A stretch of 26,322 nucleotides of DNA from Nitrospira sp. (GTDB taxonomy: Bacteria > Nitrospirota > Nitrospiria > Nitrospirales > Nitrospiraceae), in NCBI GenBank assembly GCA_005116795.1, contig SWDL01000399.1:48696-75017 (forward strand). Reading direction: 5' to 3'. Below the pieces are notes generated by a model, which was not told the origin of the DNA, ran no database searches, and worked only from the letters and a program-made list of their open reading frames with translations. How positions within the stretch are numbered: position 1 is the stretch's first letter; each line of letters starts with the position of its first letter. Positions 15,501-22,496 of this stretch are shown here, piece by piece. A program made the position numbers and the translations under genes.

Positions 15501-17813
15501 ATGGGCATTGTTTCATCGACCGGCCTCTCCTCAGGCATCAATTATCAGGAGTTGATCGCTAAGTCGATCGAGATCGAGCAACAACCGATCAAGCTCCTGA
15601 AAGAGCGGACGGTTTCCCTCAGCACCATCAGCGCGGAGTACACCAAGCTCAGCACGACGCTGTCCTCGCTCAAGTCCTCCAGCACGGCGCTCGCCGACAT
15701 CGCCGCTTTCAATCCCAATACCGTCTTCGTGACGAAAACTTCAGGAGGGGTCGAACTGCTCTCGGCGACGGCATCGCGAACGGCAGCGGCGGGCCTGTAT
15801 CAGGTCACGGTCAATCAGTTGGCTCAAGCCAGCTCGATCGCGTCTCAGGGGTTTGTCGATAACACCACGACCGGCGTCGCGGCTAGCAGTGGGACCTTCA
15901 CGTTCCGGGTGGGCGTCGGCGGACGAGAAACCAGCGTGTCGGTCAATAGCACGACGACCCTCACGCAGCTCCGTGACGCGATCAACAACGCGGGCGGCGA
16001 CGCGACGGCGTCAATCTTGAACGACGGGTCAGGCTCGAATCCCTATCGCCTGGTCCTCTCGGGTAAAAAGCCGGGGCTGGCTCGGGCGATTACGGTGACC
16101 AGCAATCCTACGACATTGGATTTCGCCAATAAGAAAGTCGAAGCCGCCTTTGCCGCGACGACCAACAGCTTTACCGGGACCGTCACGTCCAACGAGGGCA
16201 ACAACTATACGGGGACGACAAACAAGACCTTTCTGGTCAAAATTGTCTCGGCCGGCGCGGCCGGCGCGGCCACTTACAAATATTCGACCGATGGTGGGAT
16301 CACGTTTAAAGGTTCCAACGGCGCGACCTACGACGGCACCAACGCGATCACGACCCAGGGGGCGCAGACGAACTATATCGACGGCAATGCCTCCTCGAAC
16401 TCGACGAACGAAGGCGTCAAAGTCTCATTCGGTGCCGGTACCCTCGCAGCGGACGATACCTTCTCGATCGACGCGTTCAATCCGACCCTGGTCTCCGCCC
16501 AGGACGCCGTGCTTCAGGTGGGAAATCTGACGTTCTCCCGTGATTCGAATACGGTGACCGACGCGATTCAGGGGCTGACGCTGAATCTTTTGAAGGCCGA
16601 TTCCACCCAGACCATCGATATCAAGGTGCAGACCGACACGTCGGAGATCAAGAAAAAGATCAAGGACTTCATCGCGGGCTACAACGCCTCCATCAAGTTC
16701 GTCAATGATCAGCTCACGGCGGACCCCAAGAATGCGGCACCGAAACCGCTCCTGGGCGAGGTCAATGCCTTGCTCATCAAGAAACAACTGCAAGACACCA
16801 TCACGGCCCTTGTGCCTGGTTCCAGCGCGACGTTCAACAGCCTCGCCCGCATCGGCATTACGTCCGGCAAGACCTCCGGACAGTTGAGCCTGGATGACAG
16901 CAAGTTGTCCGCGGCGCTCGCCGACAACGTCACCAACGTGACCCGCCTGTTCGCCGGCATCGGTGTCGCCAGCGACGCCAACGTAGAGTATGTGAGCAAG
17001 ACCAGTTCGACCCAGCCCGGGATCTATTCGGTCGCCGTGAGCCAGGCCCCGGCGAAGGCCACGGTCACGGGCGGCACAGCGGTCCCGGCAGCCGGTATCC
17101 TCGCTGCCGAAAATCTCACCGTGAGTCTCTATTCGAACGCCACGAAAACCGGGGATACCCCGCTCGCCGCGACAGTCAGCCTAGCCGCGGGCAGCAAAGC
17201 CAGCGACATCGTCAATGCGCTGAATACGGCCTTCGCGACCAAGGGCATCAAGGCGAGCGCCTCCAAGACCAGCGACAACAAGATCAAGATTACCGCCACC
17301 AACTATGGCAACGACTATAAGCTCCAAGCCGTCTCAAACAAGGCTGCCACCGACCAGTCGGGGATCGGCACGGCCACGCTTTCGAATCAGGGCGTCGATA
17401 TCGCCGGTTTGATCAATGGTCACGCGGCCGATGGTGTCGGCGAAGTCCTGACGGCGCGAAGCGGATTTCCAGAGGCAGGCATCAAGCTCAAGGCTCCGGT
17501 TACCTCAACGGGGCTCTTCGGCAACGTCACGCTGTCCAGCGGGGTGGCCGATCGGCTGACAGCCTTTCTGGACAGGACCACGAAGCTCAAGGGCTCGATT
17601 GATACGCGTCAGCAAGGGATCAACACGACCCTGAAGTCAATCGACAAAGATATCGAGCGAAAATTCAAGGCCATCAGCCGGCTGGAAGTGACCTTGACCT
17701 TGCAGTTCAACCGGCTGGAAACCTTGTTGGGACAATTCAAGAGCCAGAGCGATGCGGTCACCAATGCGCTCGGGTCCTTGAGCAATCTCGCCACGACGAT
17801 CAGCAGACGGTAA
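15501..17813 (+). CDS. fliD: Flagellar filament cap protein, long form (770 aa)
   Basis: N-terminal GLSSGINYQELI, AQDAVLQVGNLTFSRDSNTVTDAIQGLTLNL, FIAGYN, SLARIGI..G.LSLDDSKL, C-terminal QFNRLE; located between flaG and fliS. Confidence 0.95.
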   Translation: MGIVSSTGLSSGINYQELIAKSIEIEQQPIKLLKERTVSLSTISAEYTKLSTTLSSLKSSSTALADIAAFNPNTVFVTKTSGGVELLSATASRTAAAGLYQVTVNQLAQASSIASQGFVDNTTTGVAASSGTFTFRVGVGGRETSVSVNSTTTLTQLRDAINNAGGDATASILNDGSGSNPYRLVLSGKKPGLARAITVTSNPTTLDFANKKVEAAFAATTNSFTGTVTSNEGNNYTGTTNKTFLVKIVSAGAAGAATYKYSTDGGITFKGSNGATYDGTNAITTQGAQTNYIDGNASSNSTNEGVKVSFGAGTLAADDTFSIDAFNPTLVSAQDAVLQVGNLTFSRDSNTVTDAIQGLTLNLLKADSTQTIDIKVQTDTSEIKKKIKDFIAGYNASIKFVNDQLTADPKNAAPKPLLGEVNALLIKKQLQDTITALVPGSSATFNSLARIGITSGKTSGQLSLDDSKLSAALADNVTNVTRLFAGIGVASDANVEYVSKTSSTQPGIYSVAVSQAPAKATVTGGTAVPAAGILAAENLTVSLYSNATKTGDTPLAATVSLAAGSKASDIVNALNTAFATKGIKASASKTSDNKIKITATNYGNDYKLQAVSNKAATDQSGIGTATLSNQGVDIAGLINGHAADGVGEVLTARSGFPEAGIKLKAPVTSTGLFGNVTLSSGVADRLTAFLDRTTKLKGSIDTRQQGINTTLKSIDKDIERKFKAISRLEVTLTLQFNRLETLLGQFKSQSDAVTNALGSLSNLATTISRR

Positions 17814-17818
17814 GGCGC

Positions 17819-18229
17819 ATGGACCATTCCGGCGAGCTGGTGCCCAGCCTTCTCGAACGCTACGCGAGGTATCAATCGTTGCTGGAACAGGTCCACGACG
17901 CCATCGGGAGCCGGACGCAAGAGTCCCTGTCGTTGCTGGAAGTCGCCTGCGGCCATGTGCTGGAAGACATTCAATGCCAGTGGGCGGAACTCGAAAACGG
18001 CCTTCAACGCCGGGCCTCCGCCGAGGAATCGGTCGATAGTGCCTGGGCCTATTTGGAGGCGGCGATGACCCGAGCTGCCGAGCAGCTTGCGGTGAACCAG
18101 GCGGCCCTGGCCCAGTGGGCAGGGGAGGTCGGCGCCACGCTCCAGGCGGTTGCGGTCGGGAATGCCGTGGTCGGCGCCTATGACGCCGCCGAGGCGCCGG
18201 ACAGCCCTGCATTCGGCGCGGAAGCCTGA
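17819..18229 (+). CDS. Helical flagellar chaperone-like protein (FliT/FlgN-like, by context)
   Basis: 136 aa, predicted all-helical, with a late G..VVGAY motif; lies between fliD and fliS. Confidence 0.7.
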   Translation: MDHSGELVPSLLERYARYQSLLEQVHDAIGSRTQESLSLLEVACGHVLEDIQCQWAELENGLQRRASAEESVDSAWAYLEAAMTRAAEQLAVNQAALAQWAGEVGATLQAVAVGNAVVGAYDAAEAPDSPAFGAEA

Positions 18230-18247
18230 GAAGCGTCTCTCGCGGGA

Positions 18248-18361
18248 CGATTGACGAGTGCCGGAAGAATTGACGATTGAATCATTTCATCATTGAGTCA
18301 TTGCCGGAAAATGAATCAATGCATCAATTCTCAGAAATCGTCGATGACCCGATGAATCAAT
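18248..18361. repeat. 8-bp-period palindromic intergenic element A
   Basis: Left arm has ATT at 18276/84/92/300; right arm has AAT at 18310/18/26. The arms are approximate reverse complements. Confidence 0.7.
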
Positions 18362-18383
18362 CTTGGAAAGGACTTCTTGGACT

Positions 18384-18788
18384 ATGAGGCTCGCGAACCA
18401 ATCGGCAGGGACGTATCAGGAAGACCAGGTCAAATTTGCCTCCCCGGTGACGCTGGTGGTCATGCTGTACGATAAGGCCATCCAGTGCCTGAAATCGTCC
18501 AGCAGCAGCATCAAATCGGGAGAAACGGACGTGAAGGCGAAAGGACTGGCCCTCTGCCGGGCGGTCGATATCATCTCCGAACTGCGGGCCGTACTCGATC
18601 ATCAGCGTGGCGGGGAAATTGCACAACAGTTGGACAAGCTCTATGCGTACATGCTGGAGCGACTCACGGTGGCCAACTACGAGAATAATCCCACGGCCAT
18701 TGATGAAGTCACCCGGTTACTCGAGGAGCTCCGGGAAGGGTGGCGCGGAGCGGCTCGAGTGGCCGGGCCACAGACAGCGACGCCATAG
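18384..18788 (+). CDS. fliS: Flagellin export chaperone FliS
   Basis: YQEDQVKFASPVTLVVMLYDKAI, KGLALCRAVDIISELRAVLDHQRGGEIAQQLDKLYAYM, LEELREGW. AAAGGA RBS before ATG 18384. Confidence 0.95.
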   Translation: MRLANQSAGTYQEDQVKFASPVTLVVMLYDKAIQCLKSSSSSIKSGETDVKAKGLALCRAVDIISELRAVLDHQRGGEIAQQLDKLYAYMLERLTVANYENNPTAIDEVTRLLEELREGWRGAARVAGPQTATP

Positions 18789-18793
18789 GAGAT

Positions 18794-19222
18794 ATGAAAG
18801 AGATGATGGACAAGTGGCTCCACCAGGACTGTCGTGAGCTGATGGCCCTCTGTCAGGGAGTACGTCGGGCCGTGCAACGTCAGGATGTCTCCGCGATCAA
18901 CCGGCTGAACGGGGAAAGCGGGCGCCTCATGGCCGACTTTCAGTCCCATTGGGATGCCTTTCAGACGACGGCCGCCCGCTCGACCTCCGATGGAGATGTG
19001 ACGTTGCTCCAGACGATGATTCATGACGCCATGACGCAGATTGAGACTCATCAACGCGCGATCGGTCGCGCCTTGGCTGCGGAGGGACCTGGTATCCATT
19101 CGCCCCTCACTGCGCACGGATGTGCCGTTGGGGTAACGTTAGGATGCAATCGCATGCCTCCGAGCCGTCCGGTGTCGGACGACGTTGATTCTGTTCCGTC
19201 GATTCCGTTCTCGGCCAATTAG
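18794..19222 (+). CDS. Helical protein, probable paralogue of 17819..18229
   Basis: TAGGAG RBS then ATG 18794. LMADFQSHWDAF aligns with VLEDIQCQWAEL, and IHDAMTQIETHQRAI with MTRAAEQLAVNQAAL. Confidence 0.65.
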   Translation: MKEMMDKWLHQDCRELMALCQGVRRAVQRQDVSAINRLNGESGRLMADFQSHWDAFQTTAARSTSDGDVTLLQTMIHDAMTQIETHQRAIGRALAAEGPGIHSPLTAHGCAVGVTLGCNRMPPSRPVSDDVDSVPSIPFSAN

Positions 19223-19274
19223 CCTCAGACCTGCTCCGATCCGCTCCGAAACCATTCAATAAATCAACGAGTGC

Positions 19275-19289
19275 CACGTCATTGACGTG
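19275..19289. promoter_or_regulatory. Palindrome CACGTCA-T-TGACGTG, candidate transcription factor site
   Basis: Perfect 7-1-7 inverted repeat 10 nt upstream of a sigma28-like promoter. Confidence 0.4.
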
Positions 19290-19299
19290 CCGGCTGCAC

Positions 19300-19328
19300 T
19301 CAAGTTATTCCCCAGCCCCGCCGAGAAG
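19300..19328 (+). promoter_or_regulatory. sigma28-like promoter of 19417..19638
   Basis: TCAAGTTAT-N12-GCCGAGAA; the spacer is one base longer than canonical. Confidence 0.4.
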
Positions 19329-19416
19329 AGTCCTAACAGGGTCAGGACGGCGCCGGTTCAATCGCCCAGCGATCTGCTAAGCTTCCCGTCAGGGCAATCG
19401 TGGGAGGGAACAAGGA

Positions 19417-19638
19417 ATGAGTATAGAATTTTCCCAGATCCACAACATCGTCCGGACCTATCAACGCGTGCTGGATCTCGATCCCGCCGAAGGGTCCGAT
19501 CGGTCCCGTGCGGCGGCCGATGGAGCCGATCGCGAGAGCACGGATAAGGTGTCGATTTCCCACGAGGCCCGACAGCTTCAGGAAGTCACGTCAGCCGGGC
19601 GTGACGGGGGACTAGAAGCGGATCTCTTCAAACGCTAG
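19417..19638 (+). CDS. Small flagellar-associated protein with a FlgM-like motif (resembles DVU0524-type FlgM-associated proteins)
   Basis: AAGGA RBS; N-terminal IHNIVRTYQRVL and internal TDKVSISHEARQL. Confidence 0.7.
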   Translation: MSIEFSQIHNIVRTYQRVLDLDPAEGSDRSRAAADGADRESTDKVSISHEARQLQEVTSAGRDGGLEADLFKR

Positions 19639-19741
19639 GCAATTTCGCGTCAGTTTCTTGGCAGAAAACGCCATTGTGACTCTTCTGGCTTGCCGCTCAC
19701 CCGCCTCCCGCGTCGACTTCCGGATCCAGCATCACCTAACC

Positions 19742-19789
19742 TTTCAATCGCTTACGACTTTTCATGTATGCAAGGGCACAGTCCTTGCT
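19742..19789 (+). promoter_or_regulatory. sigma54 promoter with an upstream IHF-like site
   Basis: GGGCAC-AGTCC-TTGCT, with GG at 19775-76 and GC at 19787-88 (canonical -24/-12). TTTCAATCGCTTA at 19742-54 has one mismatch to WATCAANNNNTTR. Confidence 0.7.
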
Positions 19790-19856
19790 TTGCATGCGAT
19801 TCCTGTTGCTTCATAACGTGACAGCGCGCAGCGAACCGGAAGCTGAAGGAGTCCAG

Positions 19857-21395
19857 GTGAGTGCGACAAATGGAATGAAGTCCGTGGTTTTGATCGTGAG
19901 CAAGTCGAGCCGAGCCGGCCAGATGCTCGTCCGGCGTATGGAGAAGGCGGGATATCAGGTCGTGTCGGCGAAGACCGACCTCGACGCCGTCGAGTGTCTG
20001 GGGCGGCACCAAGTCGAAGCGATCGTCTGCCATACACAACAGGCCAGGAACAGCGCCCTCAAACTGCTGGAGCAGTTGCGTGATCGAGAGTCGGACGCCT
20101 GCATTATTGTGGTAGGGGCGGACGAAGGGGCGGAGCGAGCCGCCGCGCTCCTGCGCGCCGGCGCCTATGACTATCTGACTTTGCCGATCAGGGCGGGCCG
20201 GATCGAGGAATCGGTCCGTCAGGGGCTGGATACTCGTCGATCCTTCATTCAAGTCCGTGAGCTCTCGGGCCGGCTCCGAAGCGCCAACGAGGATCTGGCC
20301 CACGAGCGGGATACCCTCCGACGGTGGAGCCAGACACTGGCGCAGCTCAACCATACCGGGCAAGCCATGGCCGGCACGCTGCACGCCGATGAAATCATCC
20401 GGCTGCTCCGGGGCCGACTCGACCAGATCGTGAAATACGATCGACTCGGGGTGCTCTGGCTCGAGCCGGAGCGGATCTGGGTCTACACCACGGATGCGTC
20501 GAATGAGGCCGCGCAAGAGGAGGTGAAACGGACGCTGATCGCCACGGGACGTCGGCTCCGCGGGGCCTCCTCCGCCTCTCAGCCGGATCAGCAGGGATCG
20601 GAGGAGCATCCGACCGAGGCCGCTGCGGTCGCCCCGGAACGGTCCGCGCATGTCCTGGAAGTTCCACTGCTGGTGGCGCAGGGACAGGTCGGGTTGATCC
20701 GTCTGGAACGGGAACGGGGCGCCTCCTTTCACTCGGATGAAATTGAGATCGCGAAGGCGGTGGCCACCTCCTTGGCGCTGGCGCTCCGCAATGCCGAGAC
20801 GCACAGTCAGGTCCAGAACATGGCGATGACGGACGGACTGACGAATCTCCTGAACCGGCGCGCCTTCTCGACGATCCTGACGCGGGAATTCAAGAACACC
20901 GAGCGCTACGGCACGCCCTTGTGCCTGCTGATGGCGGATCTCGACCACTTTAAGAAGATCAACGATGAGCACGGGCACCTGATCGGCGACCGCCTGCTCA
21001 AAGAAACGGCCACGCTCATCTCCCGGGCCATCCGCGCGGTCGACGTCGTGGCTCGCTACGGCGGAGAGGAGTTCGCCATCATCCTCCCACGGACCGACAC
21101 CGAACCGGCCACCATCCTGGCGACCCGTATCCGCGAGCAGATCGCGAACCACGTGTTCGTCGTCAACGGCGCGCCGGTGCGGCTGACGATGAGCATGGGC
21201 GTCAGTCGGATTCCTCATTCGTCCGTCACGTCGCCGGATGATCTCGTCTCGGCTGCGGATGCGGCCTTGTATCAGGCGAAGGCGAGGGGACGAAACTGCG
21301 TGGAAGTGAGTCCCGATCTGCTGACTCACGCGGGGGCGGCCTCTGCGGGGGCGGGGGTCGTCTCTGCGGGGAGTGAGTCTCGTGTCTATGGGTAA
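19857..21395 (+). CDS. Diguanylate cyclase: degenerate receiver, coiled coil, GAF, GGDEF
   Basis: AAGGAG RBS before GTG 19857; AGAYDYLTLP, TDGLTNLLNRRAF, DLDHFKKINDEHGHLIGD, RAVD I-site, ARYGGEEF. Confidence 0.93.
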   Translation: MSATNGMKSVVLIVSKSSRAGQMLVRRMEKAGYQVVSAKTDLDAVECLGRHQVEAIVCHTQQARNSALKLLEQLRDRESDACIIVVGADEGAERAAALLRAGAYDYLTLPIRAGRIEESVRQGLDTRRSFIQVRELSGRLRSANEDLAHERDTLRRWSQTLAQLNHTGQAMAGTLHADEIIRLLRGRLDQIVKYDRLGVLWLEPERIWVYTTDASNEAAQEEVKRTLIATGRRLRGASSASQPDQQGSEEHPTEAAAVAPERSAHVLEVPLLVAQGQVGLIRLERERGASFHSDEIEIAKAVATSLALALRNAETHSQVQNMAMTDGLTNLLNRRAFSTILTREFKNTERYGTPLCLLMADLDHFKKINDEHGHLIGDRLLKETATLISRAIRAVDVVARYGGEEFAIILPRTDTEPATILATRIREQIANHVFVVNGAPVRLTMSMGVSRIPHSSVTSPDDLVSAADAALYQAKARGRNCVEVSPDLLTHAGAASAGAGVVSAGSESRVYG

Positions 21396-22014
21396 GCCGC
21401 CTCTTCGAGGCGAATCGGACCCACGGGCGGTCGACGTTGGGCTCGGCGACGAGCGACGAGACTCGCTGCGGATCGACGACGAACTCCTCTTGGATTACCG
21501 GCTGGAGGGGGAACCGGACCAGACGGCCATCTCGTCACGCGAACGGATCTCCGACGACGACATCACCACGTTTTTTGCGAAGCCCACGGCTGATTTCCTG
21601 AGCCACCAGCACGCGGCCGACGGGGACGGCAAGCTCGCCCAATGGTTGATGAAAATCGACTGGGCGCTGGAGATGATTCTGAAGACGTTGGCGCGCATGT
21701 CACCCGGTGGCGTCCAGTTGCCCAGCATGGCGGATGTCAACCTGAGCGGGGGAGGCCTCCGGTTCGCCTCGGCCCGCGCCTTTCAGGAATCCGACGTCCT
21801 CGACATCAACCTGATCCTTCCACCGTTCACGCCGATTACCGCCAAGGCGGAGGTGACGAGAGTGACCCAGGAGGGCGGGGATAGCCACCGTTTCCATGTC
21901 GCTGCACAGTTTGTCAGTATCGCGCCCGAAGATCGCGAACGACTGATTCGACACATCCTCCTCCTCCAGGCCGAGCGGATTCGCGCCCGACAGGGGGGCG
22001 GTCTGTCTTTGTAG
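21388..22014 (+). CDS. PilZ-domain c-di-GMP receptor
   Basis: RxxxR (ERRDSLRID) and NLSGGG motifs separated by a helical insert; the start overlaps the DGC stop. Confidence 0.88.
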   Translation: MGKPPLRGESDPRAVDVGLGDERRDSLRIDDELLLDYRLEGEPDQTAISSRERISDDDITTFFAKPTADFLSHQHAADGDGKLAQWLMKIDWALEMILKTLARMSPGGVQLPSMADVNLSGGGLRFASARAFQESDVLDINLILPPFTPITAKAEVTRVTQEGGDSHRFHVAAQFVSIAPEDRERLIRHILLLQAERIRARQGGGLSL

Positions 22015-22035
22015 CTCTCGTGATAGGGCCCTGAA

Positions 22036-22101
22036 GAATTGAATCATTGATCCATTGCCGATGGTTCCATTTCCGACGATGACTCAATGAAGAATTGAGT
22101 C
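22036..22101. repeat. 8-bp-period palindromic intergenic element B
   Basis: GAATTGAA TCATTGAT CCATTGCC ... GATGACTC AATGAAG. Shares CATTGAGTCAT (as reverse complement) and CATTGCCG with element A. Confidence 0.65.
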
Positions 22102-22130
22102 GAGTCCCGTCCCTTTTCTCTCGGAGGGGT

Positions 22131-22157
22131 TAAGTTCTTATGGCTTCGGGCCGATAG
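22131..22157 (+). promoter_or_regulatory. sigma28 (FliA) promoter of the HTH-HEAT-che operon
   Basis: TAAGTTCT-N11-GCCGATAG, canonical spacing, 10 nt before ATG 22168. Confidence 0.75.
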
Positions 22158-22167
22158 GGGATTCGAC

Positions 22168-22407
22168 ATGAGCGATTCACTGTCTTCTATAACAGGAGCG
22201 ACACCGGACGGTCGTTCAGGCTTGGACGGCGAGATTCTCACGGTGCAGGAAGTGGCCAAGTTCTTGCGGGTTCCGAAGTCGACGGTCTATAAGCTGGCGC
22301 GACTGAACCAGCTACCCGCATCGAAAATCGGCAAGCACTGGAGATTTCTCCGCCGCGATATCCAGGATTGGATGCGCACCCGATCTTCTCAGCCCGTCAT
22401 GGGCTAA
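22168..22407 (+). CDS. Excisionase-like (HTH_17/MerR-type) small DNA-binding protein
   Basis: LTVQEVAKFLRVPKSTVYKLARLNQLPASKIGKHWRF...DIQDWM. Confidence 0.9.
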   Translation: MSDSLSSITGATPDGRSGLDGEILTVQEVAKFLRVPKSTVYKLARLNQLPASKIGKHWRFLRRDIQDWMRTRSSQPVMG

Positions 22408-22496
22408 GGGACCGGGTCGGTCTTGGTTCAACCGGCTGTGCCGTGCCGGACCGGTGCCTGCTGACCGGCGGCCCCGGAGATCGGCAAGGGTGAGGT

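Noticed and set aside
19752-21329. 525-aa antisense ORF, and the cyclase N-terminal extension from 19764
   Set aside because: The antisense ORF is a shadow of the GGDEF gene. The extension runs through the sigma54 promoter, whereas GTG 19857 has a good RBS.
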